DNA from: Giardia intestinalis
Taxonomy: Eukaryota
Reading direction: 5' to 3' (one strand)
Assembly: GCA_000002435.2 (NCBI GenBank)
Contig: CM018791.1
Length of the DNA stretch: 64,000 bases
A program made the position numbers and the translations under genes. Position 1 is the first letter of the stretch. Each line of letters begins with the position of its first letter. The notes beneath the pieces were generated by a model. It was not told the origin of the DNA. It saw only the letters and a list, made by a program, of their open reading frames with translations, and ran no database searches. Positions 1 to 10,946 of the stretch are shown in pieces.

Positions 1-326
1 TCATTGACCCAGGTGTTTGGATCGCTACCACAACACCCACCTGCACACCTTGTTACAGAACCCCAGCAGCTGAGCGGGAATATATCTGCGAAATAGTGGA
101 CACCGAGGCACAGATGCGTGTGGATGTAGCTGATTAGGTGATGGTTAAGGCAGATCCTTGGGGAGCCAGTAATGCCTTGCTACTCGATACCTGGCCTTGC
201 ACCTTCTGCTCACCAAGCAATGCAAACAATAGCGTGCAGCTTGAGCCGCAGTGCCCTTGCATGGCTCCCCGGGTCTCACTTTCACTTAGAGGCTAGTGGT
301 CAGCCACCGGTAAGATCTATCGACAC

Positions 327-333
327 GTTTACT
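327..333 (-). promoter_or_regulatory. Putative Giardia poly(A) signal AGTAAAC (AGTRAAY) 9 nt downstream of the VSP stop
   Basis: Plus strand GTTTACT at 327-333 is AGTAAAC on the minus strand. Position matches Giardia 3' processing signals. Confidence 0.4.
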
Positions 334-341
334 ACCTAAGT

Positions 342-728
342 CTACGCCTTGCCTCGGCAGAGGAACCACCAGCAGAGGAAGCCAACGAGACCACCAACAA
401 TGATTACAGCAGCCACGGCGATGCCAGCTATGGCCCCTGTGGAAAGGCCGCTGCTCTTATTGGTATTAGAAGATATGCACTGCTTCGTGCTACCATCAAG
501 GTCGAAGCCAGAGTTGCACTCCTCGCACTCCGCAGGATTTTGGTCGCACCGTTTGCAGTTCGGATCCGTGCACTCAGACCCTGCGCCGTAGACAGCAGAG
601 CTATCAGCGCACACGTCGATCGGTACGTGGCCTGCTCTGCATTGGTCGGTTGCGCAATTGGAGTGCTGGCGCCCCTTGCATTGCGCAGCAAGAGCGCTCA
701 TCAAAAAGCAGAGAACTAGTAGCAACAT
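342..728 (-). CDS. Variant-specific surface protein (VSP), unusually short (128 aa)
   Basis: N-terminal signal peptide [15 protein letters not shown]. Cys-rich ectodomain with CxxC spacing. C-terminal TM helix followed by the invariant Giardia VSP tail ...FLCRGKA. Real ATG at 726-728. Confidence 0.7.
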   Translation of the reverse strand: MLLLVLCFLMSALAAQCKGRQHSNCATDQCRAGHVPIDVCADSSAVYGAGSECTDPNCKRCDQNPAECEECNSGFDLDGSTKQCISSNTNKSSGLSTGAIAGIAVAAVIIVGGLVGFLCWWFLCRGKA

Positions 729-1327
729 TGAGATCCTGCTCGGATCAGTTAGTCATGGTGTACTGGCTTTAGTGACGATACCAGTAGCCAACTGATAATT
801 GCTTCCACTGGTTTTCTGGTGTGACCCTCCAGTGCTCCCCTCGAGCCTGCCGAGCGACTCCTGCATCGCCACCTCATTATGTTGCACGCAACCAAGGCGG
901 AAATATATTTCTATTCTATTGCTATGAGGACGAGCTCTACATCAGCTTAAGAGTTGGTCCAAAGATTGGGTCGAATACTTGAACAGCGAAATAGTACTTT
1001 CTAGTAGATCTTCCTAAGAATGGCAAGGCGGCAACAACAGATATCTATACGGTAACACCGCAAGTGGTGGCACCTCCAAGTGTGCGACAGCGGCTAAATG
1101 CCCTTCTGTCATGCTGTGGTGTGTATGTGCGGAACTAACAGTCTATAAAGGGCATTGGTGTCATTTTAAAGGCCTCCGTAATTGACAGAAATGCCGAGAT
1201 TGTAGCAATTATGTAAGATTGCGTTCTTGGCTGGTAGATTCTCTAAGTTTTCCTTACTGGTTGATCTGTGGGAGCAAGTCTATCAATACTATCAAGATAC
1301 TACTTGCTCTATCTCCACATAGAGATC

Positions 1328-1966
1328 TTACAACTTATCAATGTGCATATCCAGAAGGATAGCGCTAGCAACAATCACTATAATACCAATGAAGGTCCCG
1401 AATACTATTCCTAGTATCTCCACTACAGTGAACGATTTCTTGCAGATGTAGTTGTCACCGTACTTTGTCAGCTTATAGCCCTCTTCGCAGCTGGTACACT
1501 TGATAGTAGTATCCGGACTATATGCAGACGGAGAGCAAAGTACGCAGTGATCCCCAGCAAAACTACTGCACGGAGAACAGAAGTCTGAACGGAGAACATA
1601 GCCTTCACTGCATTCTGTGCACAATAACTGAGGATAGCTAGAATAACGCTGAGAACACTTTGCACAGTTGGGAATGCCATTGACGGTATCGTTGCACGCG
1701 GCACAGTTATCATTGACAACAGTGTATCCATCTGTACACTTAGTGCACTTGTTGGTAGAGGGGGAAGAAGGTGAGCCAGGAGTACACTGAAGGCACATTC
1801 CTAGTCCACAAGCAGCGCAGGCATTAGGTCCAAATTCATCGCTCCCAACCGCAGAGCAGGTAGTGCAGAGTTTGGGATCACTGGTGGAGCAAGCGGTGCA
1901 AAGAGGAGGAGCACCTCCAATACATTCCACTCCAAGCGACAAGTAGATGAAGTAGAAGAACAGCAT
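1328..1966 (-). CDS. High-cysteine membrane protein (HCMP/VSP-like; lacks the CRGKA tail)
   Basis: Signal peptide MLFFYFIYLSLGVEC. Many CxxC repeats (CTAC, CTTC, CAAC, CLQC, CTKC, CAAC, CAKC, CTEC, CSPC, CVLC, CTSC). Single C-terminal TM (ILGIVFGTFIGIIVIVASAIL), then a short cytoplasmic tail DMHIDKL. Confidence 0.65.
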   Translation of the reverse strand: MLFFYFIYLSLGVECIGGAPPLCTACSTSDPKLCTTCSAVGSDEFGPNACAACGLGMCLQCTPGSPSSPSTNKCTKCTDGYTVVNDNCAACNDTVNGIPNCAKCSQRYSSYPQLLCTECSEGYVLRSDFCSPCSSFAGDHCVLCSPSAYSPDTTIKCTSCEEGYKLTKYGDNYICKKSFTVVEILGIVFGTFIGIIVIVASAILLDMHIDKL

Positions 1967-2008
1967 GGAAGTTTTACTTTTTCGACAACAGTGGGAAAGG
2001 CATAGGAA

Positions 2009-2353
2009 TCATAACGGACGCCCGTCACGAGTTGTCAAGGACTCAGAAAAGCGAGAAGAACAAAAGTCAAATGACACATGATCGTCTAGGCCCAAAACAA
2101 TTTGCGCAGCCCGGGGGACAGAGGTGCAGGGCGCATACTCAGGGCGCATGAGGGATTTTCTTAGCTCTATCTCGATTTGTTCTGCCGTTGCAGGCCGAAC
2201 CTTTCGTTCCAGATGAAGTCGGCTTTGCAGATGAGACCCAAGTGAAATGCCTTCCTGGAGTCTCTTCTGCTCCTTGGGCTCCATGTATCGCGCCTCCAGC
2301 TTCGGGGGAAGCTGCAGTGTACCCGTCGGATTGAGGTCCTTAGACAGCTGCAT
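2009..2353 (-). CDS. Small basic hypothetical protein (114 aa), uncertain
   Basis: ATG at 2351-2353 preceded by an AT-rich tract (GTTAAAAATG on the minus strand). Divergent from the large gene starting at 2514. No recognisable domain. Confidence 0.25.
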   Translation of the reverse strand: MQLSKDLNPTGTLQLPPKLEARYMEPKEQKRLQEGISLGSHLQSRLHLERKVRPATAEQIEIELRKSLMRPEYAPCTSVPRAAQIVLGLDDHVSFDFCSSRFSESLTTRDGRPL

Positions 2354-2513
2354 TTTTAACAGCCGCTCAACAGCACGGAAGCTACGACCTCCTTGCTAAT
2401 TGCTAGCCCTATGTGCTTCTCTAATTGATGAGTGCGATGTGCATGCAGTAGCCAGTGCTGAAGGTAGGCCTAGTTACACTGTCCAGATAATCTGCCAGCA
2501 TAAAAAAATCCAA

Positions 2514-5500
2514 ATGGCAAAGGATCCCTTCCTCGCACGCATGCGTGCCGAGGGCATCCTCACCAGTGCCACAGAGGAAGACCTCACACAATGGTGGGTC
2601 GCAGAGAATGTCTCTCTCTTTCAGAGCACTCTTTCTCAGTATGTGGAAGCGGAAACAAGGGAGAAGCGGCTAGCTCTTTTAGACGAGGCGTGTGCTGTTA
2701 TTCTCGCTGTGTTCTACTCTCTTTACAAAGAACTGCCAGCAACTACGATGACTACCAGTCTTTTAAGTTGTTCTCTTGAGACTATGCGCTGTATCTTTAA
2801 TAACGGCGACCTAGTCCACGTGACAACATCAAATTTTGTACCCTCTCTCCTTCTATATCTGGCGGTTGACGGTGTCATACTATCCCTCTATAGTTCGGTG
2901 GGAGTACAGTTTATAAGCAATATATTATCCATAGCTGCAGGACTTGCAAAGCATGCCCCAGAAACGTTCTTAGATAACCACCTTGGGTGTTTCCAGTCTA
3001 TTGTCCATTCACTACTCTCTACTGTTCCGGACGAAGAGCGGGCGGCACTAATAGCCTTTCTTGTACAGGCCAGCACAGCACGCCTCTCGCCATTCTACAT
3101 ACTAGGCGGTCGGTCTAACGCAGAATACTATGAGTTTTTAGTGAGAATTCTTTCCTCTGCTTATGGCTATCCAGATCAACTGTTACTAGCTATTAACGGG
3201 CATATAGCAGCTGGCTGCGCAGCTATTGAGGCAGCACTAGCACAGGTTGATAGGGAGGAAGGGCTGCTCTTACACGACCCCTCGGACTCCACAGATACAA
3301 AGAGAGCTCCTTGTTTTGATCCACTTCTGTTCTTGATGTTGGACGCAGGTGCCTCCTACTTTTTTAGTGTACAGTCCGACGACCTGCGTGCAACTACATT
3401 AAACACCATCAGAAGCTATACTCAGCACTTTTTTACCTTGTGGATTCCATTTCTTCTGGATTTGGAGTTACGCGATGCAGAAGTAGGCATGCTTTTCTGC
3501 TCTGTTTTCCTTGAACGATACAGGCAGATGCACTATGCTTTTTCGAGCAGTAGCTCCATAGATGAAACTATTAACATTGGGAAGAACTTTTTTGCCGTAC
3601 GTCAAGTGAAGTCAAGGTTCTCTATCAATCAGAAGACCTTTCTCATTTTTAACTCTAATTACCCACATATGTATAACACGCAGATGGAAGCGCAGGATAA
3701 TCAGCAACAAGACACCTATGCTGATGAGGCAGGTGCATCGAAAAGGTCTCACAAAGCAAAGAATAGAGACACGTCACAACAGCTTGTTAACACTACGACT
3801 GCAGAAGAGCATATAGATCGATTCTACAGTCCAAAGCCAATCTCTATTGTCCTACCCTGTTCCGTGACAGACATGCCTTCATTGGGTATCCTTGGCAGCG
3901 TACTGTACTCTGCTATCTTAATAGGATTGACGTCTCATACTTCAGAATTGAGGAGGAGGGCTCTAGATGCAGCAGAGAATCTTCTGTGGTCCGTCAATTA
4001 TACGTTTGTTTCTTGCCAATCTAATAAGAGCGGGAAGCTCCCGAGCATGAAAGCATATGCAGGGGAAATTAATAATATTATGATCCCCCTTGTGAAGGAC
4101 CGGTTTCTAGATTCCTGTGAATATGTTCGTGAGGCGGCAATCAGTATCTTCGCCAATTATTATAGGGTTCTCCTTGAATACCTGGACTATGCGACAACAC
4201 TCGACACCAGCACAATATCAGAAGAAGACAGCATGTTTGTTGTTCTGCTGGAGCGTCTTGACAAATTGGTGGAGCCACACGTATATGTGAGACCACTGAA
4301 GATCCAACTGCCGCCCATAGAAAGTGACCTGGCCGTAGCAACAAATGAGGAACTGATTTCGCTATCCCTTGCGGAGCGACTCAATGACAAGAATACTCGT
4401 GTCCGCAGCGCTGCCACCATTGCTCTTCAGTCTTTGTATATGACTGGGTATCATCGCTTGGCGACTCCGCTAATTCACTATGCCCACAAGTTTGGGCTGG
4501 AGGGAGAAATAGAGCTCTTTAAGTGCTTCCACGCTAACACGCATCTTTCTATTTACTCTGTGATGCACAGGATATTGACCTTCTTTGATGGTGTAGATGC
4601 TATGGATTTCTTCGTATTCATTCGAGTGCTTTCCCGCCAGAAGTTGCTCAGGAAGATCGTGGAGAATACTTTCACTGTTCTTGTAGCCAAGAGGCATGGC
4701 GCTACTTTCATAAAGAAGCAGTGGGACGAGTCCATAGCCGGTATATATGGCGAGGACCAGGATGCGGGCACGCAGACGTACTTCAACAGCTTTTATGATT
4801 ACATGGTAGAGTCTGCACGTGTGAAGTCACTCGCTGACTTCATGAACGAGGGCGAAGCACTCCTAGATACAATCTACAATAAGATCACCAAGAAATCTAC
4901 TGGATCCGATGGTGCCTTACACTTATCCAGGATAGAGGATGCTACCGAGTACATTACAGTTGCACAAAGAATCAAGAACAAGTGGCTTTTCCTCCATATT
5001 TTCTCTTTTCCTTTCTGCCACGAGAAGTTTCTACACAAAATCGTGAAATTGACCTCTGTAAGCTACTTTTATTCGTACCTTGAAAAGCAGAAGGACGCAG
5101 AGGTCTTTCAGACATCACCGCTGACATGCGCGTTGCTTCTGCGCAGTGTTCTTGTCGTGAATTCGCAGCTCTTTGTTCACTGGAAGCACCTTAGTGTCAG
5201 GTTCTTCTTCAATGTCTTTGAAGAGACAAAGGCTTCGGGCGCGTTCGCCTCCATAAGTCCTGCGGATCAGCACGGCGCTTTAGACTCCTCGTCTTCTCAA
5301 AAGGAAAGGGGGTGGAGAACCAGAGGCACCGCAGCGTCCAAGTTTATAGAGTTCTCAGAAAGCCTTGGATTGGGAATAGTGTCCAGCAAAACGTCCGACC
5401 CTAAGACCACTTCATTAAATACTCTGCCCCTTTACCAAAGTGACCTGGCAACGCCATCGAGCGAGCCAGATATGACACCTGTAAGCATAGAAACGACTCC

Positions 5501-8012
5501 CACTAACTCTAAGAAAGCCTCCGACAACACTCTGGACATAACTCAACAATCGCAGGATGTAAGCAATCGCATTGACCAGGTGTCTCTTGCAATCATCGGT
5601 GTACACGTGGCCATCCTTCTAGGAGGGTATGTGTACATCTCTGAGTCCCAATTGATGGCCCTTTTCAGCATAGACAATGAACTTAAAGAGATCTGCGGAG
5701 CCACCCTAATAGATCTGGCCAGCACCGCATTCAACTTGGCATCGGTTGATAGGTACGCTTGCCTAGTAACACGCAACATGCTATTCAAGCACGTAACGTG
5801 TTGCCCATGGACTATTCTCGCTCTGTATAGTTCTTTTCATGAATGGGACGTGGTTCCTTCGTGCAATATCAACTATCGACACGCAATTTACTACAATCTT
5901 TTGCGAAGGTTGTGCAGTACATGTACCATAGTCCCAGATGAGCTTTGGGGAAAGAGCTGGTCTACTATGATGGCGTCAATAGCACACTCAAACAATACTA
6001 TGACCGACGAAGCAAAGGGCAGAGCAGAAAATAATATCAAAGTGGATGTCACTCAAAATCCGCTACTGATAGAGATTTACAACACACTGATAGAGGAGGC
6101 CAACAGCAGCTATCAAAAGTTCAATAGGCGATCTTCGCAATCAATAGACATAGGCTTGGTTATGGAGAAAGCCCAGTCTCTTATGGCTGTGTTCCCAGAG
6201 TTTGTTAAGCGCATTGAAGGCGATCATATTTCGTCTCTATCAGAGTGCTTATTTACCGACATCGACGCAGGGACTGAACTCTTGATCCAGACGCCCTACC
6301 TGAAGCGCTTCCCCAGAGAGACTGATCGGATAATCGCTATCCTTCCCGTGCTGGGATACGGGTCGCATCTCTACGCATTATCAAAGGATAGCACACGAAC
6401 CTCTAAGCTGATATCCTATTACAATGTCCTCATTGAGACCATTCTCTTTCCCTTCACTATTAAGGTAGACGACACGCAGACCCCGGTCAAAATGGTTCAG
6501 CAGGTATCTCCCATCATTATCTATGATATCCTACCAGTGTCAACGCGTGCGACAGTCATGCCTGCGTTCAAGTTGCTGGAAGCTGTGCATACTCTTCTGC
6601 TATTTCAGCTACGTACTGATCAACGTGCACTGCAGCTCCAGACAAGCTACAGTTTGTTCATGATGATTACTGCTGCTCACTATGGGCTGGTCTTTGCATA
6701 CTCTTCAGAAGAAGCCCAGTCAGAGTCAAGAAAGACTATCACTGCTACAACTCTATTCGGAAGTAGAACCATGCAGAAGGCCATTCTACACGGTATTTCC
6801 TCAACTGCTTTGCGAACGCTCCTCACATGCGTTGAGTTTGGCAACATGCCATGTCGCTTGATTGGAATCTTGGTTGCCGGGTTTGCAGCGTATATCGTTG
6901 GATATTGTGAAATAGACTTTACCTTTGTCTTTAATAATGATGAAGAAGCCACACTTCCGAATTCTGTCAATGACGAGAGCGGAGTCGTAATATCTATAAG
7001 TAAGTACTATTTGCTGCAGAAAAATATGAAGTCTAACATCCCAGATGTTCCTGGAAAGGGTCTCACTGCCTCTATGATGTCTAGTAGCGCGGTTTTGGCA
7101 GACGTGCTGCCGTCACCTACAGTGGTGAGGCAGTCTCTAACGCAAGAATCCATAGACTTCATGCACAAATTTGTTACTAAGTTAATCAATATATCGCTTC
7201 AAGCCATGGAGCAGTTTCCGATGTCGTTTATGCTTAGGCAGGAGGCTGGCTCAAGTCCACAGATAGCTCTGCTTTCAGGACGACCTGAGTACTCCGTCTT
7301 TATCTTAGTTTATGTTGTTCATAATTACGTCTTTCAGATAGCTTGCTCCATGGCCAATCAACACCGCATCACGATCCTGCACGCAGCTAAGTATCTCGTC
7401 TCTAGGAAGACGGGGATAACGCTATTTATTGATACGGCAATCCTCCTTCTGCTAGAAATACTGATGCACTCAGCTACAAATGTTATGCAATCTGCCGATG
7501 AGTGTAGCGGCTCTTTGTCCGCAGGGGCTCTCTCCGGGATCTCAGCTCCTCAATTCACGATTTCAATTCTACAGCTCTGCATTGCTAAGGCCTCGCGTTA
7601 CTCTACAAAGACGGCGGGTGGCGCAACATCTGTTTCGGAGGAAGCCAGGTCATTCCTTTACAAGACTGTGCTCAGCATATTTGCTCACCGCATAAAGACC
7701 TTTACAGACTACGAACGTGGGTTGCCACTAGATGTTTTGCTGCAAATACCGAGCGCACTGTTTGTCAAGGCTTCGGTTGACTCTGCTGCGGGCTCTGGTG
7801 AAACAGTATCGCGCAATACCCGCGATACAGTGCGGCAAAGTATCCTTGGGGCCACTCCTGTATATGTTAAAGAGCGTACGGTTATGTTTGCACAGAACTC
7901 TGAACTGTTAGATAGTTTGGCTAAGATCTCCCTGACCCCGAAAAATAAGGTTTCCAGCCCGTATTTAAGTTCTAGTCTGCGAGAAACCCCCAAGCGGAGA
8001 GTAAGGCCATAA
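2514..8012 (+). CDS. Large hypothetical protein (~1832 aa)
   Basis: Uninterrupted ORF. Track start 2400 is TTG; the first ATG is at 2514, preceded by CATAAAAAAATCCAAATG (AT-rich initiator). No domain recognised by eye. Helical/repetitive character. Confidence 0.6.
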   Translation: MAKDPFLARMRAEGILTSATEEDLTQWWVAENVSLFQSTLSQYVEAETREKRLALLDEACAVILAVFYSLYKELPATTMTTSLLSCSLETMRCIFNNGDLVHVTTSNFVPSLLLYLAVDGVILSLYSSVGVQFISNILSIAAGLAKHAPETFLDNHLGCFQSIVHSLLSTVPDEERAALIAFLVQASTARLSPFYILGGRSNAEYYEFLVRILSSAYGYPDQLLLAINGHIAAGCAAIEAALAQVDREEGLLLHDPSDSTDTKRAPCFDPLLFLMLDAGASYFFSVQSDDLRATTLNTIRSYTQHFFTLWIPFLLDLELRDAEVGMLFCSVFLERYRQMHYAFSSSSSIDETINIGKNFFAVRQVKSRFSINQKTFLIFNSNYPHMYNTQMEAQDNQQQDTYADEAGASKRSHKAKNRDTSQQLVNTTTAEEHIDRFYSPKPISIVLPCSVTDMPSLGILGSVLYSAILIGLTSHTSELRRRALDAAENLLWSVNYTFVSCQSNKSGKLPSMKAYAGEINNIMIPLVKDRFLDSCEYVREAAISIFANYYRVLLEYLDYATTLDTSTISEEDSMFVVLLERLDKLVEPHVYVRPLKIQLPPIESDLAVATNEELISLSLAERLNDKNTRVRSAATIALQSLYMTGYHRLATPLIHYAHKFGLEGEIELFKCFHANTHLSIYSVMHRILTFFDGVDAMDFFVFIRVLSRQKLLRKIVENTFTVLVAKRHGATFIKKQWDESIAGIYGEDQDAGTQTYFNSFYDYMVESARVKSLADFMNEGEALLDTIYNKITKKSTGSDGALHLSRIEDATEYITVAQRIKNKWLFLHIFSFPFCHEKFLHKIVKLTSVSYFYSYLEKQKDAEVFQTSPLTCALLLRSVLVVNSQLFVHWKHLSVRFFFNVFEETKASGAFASISPADQHGALDSSSSQKERGWRTRGTAASKFIEFSESLGLGIVSSKTSDPKTTSLNTLPLYQSDLATPSSEPDMTPVSIETTPTNSKKASDNTLDITQQSQDVSNRIDQVSLAIIGVHVAILLGGYVYISESQLMALFSIDNELKEICGATLIDLASTAFNLASVDRYACLVTRNMLFKHVTCCPWTILALYSSFHEWDVVPSCNINYRHAIYYNLLRRLCSTCTIVPDELWGKSWSTMMASIAHSNNTMTDEAKGRAENNIKVDVTQNPLLIEIYNTLIEEANSSYQKFNRRSSQSIDIGLVMEKAQSLMAVFPEFVKRIEGDHISSLSECLFTDIDAGTELLIQTPYLKRFPRETDRIIAILPVLGYGSHLYALSKDSTRTSKLISYYNVLIETILFPFTIKVDDTQTPVKMVQQVSPIIIYDILPVSTRATVMPAFKLLEAVHTLLLFQLRTDQRALQLQTSYSLFMMITAAHYGLVFAYSSEEAQSESRKTITATTLFGSRTMQKAILHGISSTALRTLLTCVEFGNMPCRLIGILVAGFAAYIVGYCEIDFTFVFNNDEEATLPNSVNDESGVVISISKYYLLQKNMKSNIPDVPGKGLTASMMSSSAVLADVLPSPTVVRQSLTQESIDFMHKFVTKLINISLQAMEQFPMSFMLRQEAGSSPQIALLSGRPEYSVFILVYVVHNYVFQIACSMANQHRITILHAAKYLVSRKTGITLFIDTAILLLLEILMHSATNVMQSADECSGSLSAGALSGISAPQFTISILQLCIAKASRYSTKTAGGATSVSEEARSFLYKTVLSIFAHRIKTFTDYERGLPLDVLLQIPSALFVKASVDSAAGSGETVSRNTRDTVRQSILGATPVYVKERTVMFAQNSELLDSLAKISLTPKNKVSSPYLSSSLRETPKRRVRP

Positions 8013-8048
8013 CTGTACAAAATAATTTGAAAATAAAATCAACTCAGG

Positions 8049-8960
8049 ATGCTCGATCGCCCGCCGTGCGTTGGCTTTGGAACATACCTTGTGGAGGACC
8101 CAGAGGCCATCAGAAGTGCAGTGAAGCTGGGATACAGACACTTCGATTGTGCCTACAGATATGGGAATGAACGCATGATCGGGGAAGTTTTCAAAGAAAT
8201 CTTCAACGATGACTCTTATGGCGTGAAGCGCGAGGATCTTTGGATTGTCTCTAAACTGTGGCCCAACTTTCACGAGCCAGAGAAGGTTGCTTATCAGATC
8301 TCTGAGACCCTTAGGGATCTTCAGCTGGAGTACCTGGATGTCTTTCTCATGCACTGGCCTCTTGCTATTAAGCACCTGGCTGACAGAGATTATGCTTCTT
8401 CAGATGGAAAGGGAGGGACTCTTCTAGGGACTACGCCAATTCGCAAAACATGGGAGGCAATGGAGGCTTGCGTGGACAAGAAGCAAACGCGCTTTATCGG
8501 AGTCTCAAATATGGGCACGGCTATGTTGGTGGACTTGCTCTCATACTGCAGAATTAAGCCCTTCACCAACCAGTTTGAGTCTCAGCCGTACTTTCCCAAC
8601 GATAGGTTAATCGAGTTCTGCAACAGCAACGGAATATATGTGACTGCATACAGGCCTCTGGGTGGGCGCTGCAGGGTTGATGCAAAAGCTCCTCTAACCG
8701 ATCCGGCTCTTGAGGAATTAGCAAAGAAGGCCAATCTGACGGTCAGTGAGCTTATTTTGGCATGGCACTGGACACGCTGGGGTACGAGTGGAACGTATTC
8801 TGTCATCCCGAAGTCTAGTGATCGAGAGAGACAAAAGCAGAACCTAGAGTCTGTTAAGCTAAGGTTGACACCTGACCAGATGGACGCTTTTGCTAGACTT
8901 GGGTGTGTTCATCAGCGTACATGCTTTACGTCATTTGCCTCAGTTCCTCTTTTTGATTGA
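8049..8960 (+). CDS. Aldo/keto reductase (aldose reductase-like)
   Basis: AKR signatures: GFGTY...AV..A...GYRHFDCA..YGNE, WIVSKLWP, and LEYLDVFLMHWP (conserved motif with catalytic His). Confidence 0.9.
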   Translation: MLDRPPCVGFGTYLVEDPEAIRSAVKLGYRHFDCAYRYGNERMIGEVFKEIFNDDSYGVKREDLWIVSKLWPNFHEPEKVAYQISETLRDLQLEYLDVFLMHWPLAIKHLADRDYASSDGKGGTLLGTTPIRKTWEAMEACVDKKQTRFIGVSNMGTAMLVDLLSYCRIKPFTNQFESQPYFPNDRLIEFCNSNGIYVTAYRPLGGRCRVDAKAPLTDPALEELAKKANLTVSELILAWHWTRWGTSGTYSVIPKSSDRERQKQNLESVKLRLTPDQMDAFARLGCVHQRTCFTSFASVPLFD

Positions 8961-8981
8961 CTCTTTAGTGTGAATCTTTAC

Positions 8982-10946
8982 ATGGGTGCGGGAGCCAGTT
9001 CTGTATCCGGGGCGCCGAGCGTTTCTCCTTGTGCCGTTACTGCTGCAGCTGTTCTGCAGCGTTTGGAGGGTGTCTCGATGGGTAAAGTCATCGAGGGCTG
9101 CGAACGAGGATGGCTAGCAAAAGCTCTGATGGGTGCACACCTATTGACTCCAGACTGCGTAGACATCTTTGAGAGGCCTCCGCCTATTCGAGGAGTCTAC
9201 GAGACCACGGCACTGATACAAGCAGTTAAAGAAAACGATGAGACCTTGTTTGACCAATATCTTACACAGCTCTCCTTCCGAACAAACAGCGGCCGCACTG
9301 CACTAATGTATGCTGCAGAACTAGGGCGCCAGCAGATGGCTGAGCGGTTGCTCGACGAGGCGGAGGTCGTTGATCTTTCCGGGAAAACTGCACTTATATA
9401 TGCACTCGAGGCAGGACACTACGACATAGCTGATATGTTAATCCCTTATGAAGTCGGGAAGGCTGGAGTTACAGATCTCATGTTTTATGCTCAAACAGGC
9501 AATCTAGATGCGTTACTAGCGGAACAAGATGATGCCCGCGCGCAGGATCTATCAGGTCATACTGCATTAATGGTTGCTGTTATACACAAAAATGTGAAGG
9601 TCGCAGAGCTGCTTCTTGAAGAAATGGCGTTAACGACCACAAAGGGGGTCACTGCACTGATGCTCGCAGCTCAGCGAGGCTATGGAGAGCTTGTGTATTT
9701 GCTAGCAACGTCTACATCGACGATAGAGCAGCCTACGGGGAAGTTCAGCAAGCGAACAGGACAGCAACGAATGCGGCCGGTCAAACTGAGAGAACTTAGT
9801 AATCAAACAAGAGACACGGGAGACTCTGCACTGATGTTCGCTGTTAAACGTGGAGACATTTTGGCAGCCTGTTGCCTTACAGAAGAATTGTATCTGCAAG
9901 ATTGTACTGGAAAGACAGCTCTGATGCATGCTGCAGAACGCGGAGACGCCGAAATGGTTAAGTTTCTATGCAGTTTGATGAAGAAAGGAGACCGTGTGCA
10001 AGTTGATAAGAAGGGCCGCACAGCTCTCATGTATGCAGCAGCGCAGAATTACAGAGCCGCAGCTGAGCAGCTTTTTCTCCGGGAACAACGGTTTCAAGAT
10101 AAATCCGGGCGCACAGCGCTCAGTTACGCACTTGAACATATGGCAGTCGATACAATATCTCTTCTTTCTCCAGCAAGCGTCGAAGGCCGCTTCTCTAAGA
10201 TAACTCAACTGATGATTGATGCTGCTTGTGGAAAGATATCAGAACCATTGACTCCTGCACAGCTCGTAGAGGTTCGCCAGCAGGATACGTCGGGTCGCAC
10301 AGCCCTTATGTACGCGGTTCTTGCAGGTCACACTAAAGCCATTGAGCACCTTTGCATAGAGGTGGAGGACTTTGCACATGGTCATGAGTCTGTCCTTCAA
10401 ATGTGCATTGAAGCACAGAAATTGAATTGTCTTCAAGTTCTCCTTCTACATGTGTATGAGGAAAACGTCCAGATCAACATCCCTAAGCTCAGTTTATCTA
10501 TCGTCGATTACGAGACAGACCTTTTGGCAGCAGCAGAGAAAAATGACTCCTTTGGGGCGCGTACTCACATTGACCAGGCTGGAAAACTTTGTAACGGCTG
10601 GACAGCTTTAATGACAGCTGCGTACAGGGGGCACATCGATATTGTAAAGCTTCTCCTTTGTGAGGTAAAGCTCCAGAACGAGAAGGGCTGGACAGCATTG
10701 ATGCTTGCTGTTCAGACAGCGCAATCAGAGGTTGTTCGGCTTCTTGCACGTTACGAGCTAGGGCTCAAGGATAATGAAGGAGAGACGGCTCTTGTGAAGG
10801 CTATTCGCTGGAATGCAATTGATATGATTGAAGTACTACTGCGTGAGAAGCACGTTCTCACGAACAATCGGCAAACAGCTCTTTCGGTTGCAATGGAAAT
10901 GGGAAATGAGGAGTGTCTTAAGCTTTTAAAGGCCCCGAAGCTCTGA
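8982..10946 (+). CDS. Ankyrin-repeat protein, Giardia 'protein 21.1' family
   Basis: More than 12 tandem ankyrin repeats with the Giardia-typical G(K/R)TALM(Y/L)AA motif. Track start 8970 is GTG; first ATG at 8982. A later start (MGKVIEG...) is also possible. Confidence 0.8.
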   Translation: MGAGASSVSGAPSVSPCAVTAAAVLQRLEGVSMGKVIEGCERGWLAKALMGAHLLTPDCVDIFERPPPIRGVYETTALIQAVKENDETLFDQYLTQLSFRTNSGRTALMYAAELGRQQMAERLLDEAEVVDLSGKTALIYALEAGHYDIADMLIPYEVGKAGVTDLMFYAQTGNLDALLAEQDDARAQDLSGHTALMVAVIHKNVKVAELLLEEMALTTTKGVTALMLAAQRGYGELVYLLATSTSTIEQPTGKFSKRTGQQRMRPVKLRELSNQTRDTGDSALMFAVKRGDILAACCLTEELYLQDCTGKTALMHAAERGDAEMVKFLCSLMKKGDRVQVDKKGRTALMYAAAQNYRAAAEQLFLREQRFQDKSGRTALSYALEHMAVDTISLLSPASVEGRFSKITQLMIDAACGKISEPLTPAQLVEVRQQDTSGRTALMYAVLAGHTKAIEHLCIEVEDFAHGHESVLQMCIEAQKLNCLQVLLLHVYEENVQINIPKLSLSIVDYETDLLAAAEKNDSFGARTHIDQAGKLCNGWTALMTAAYRGHIDIVKLLLCEVKLQNEKGWTALMLAVQTAQSEVVRLLARYELGLKDNEGETALVKAIRWNAIDMIEVLLREKHVLTNNRQTALSVAMEMGNEECLKLLKAPKL

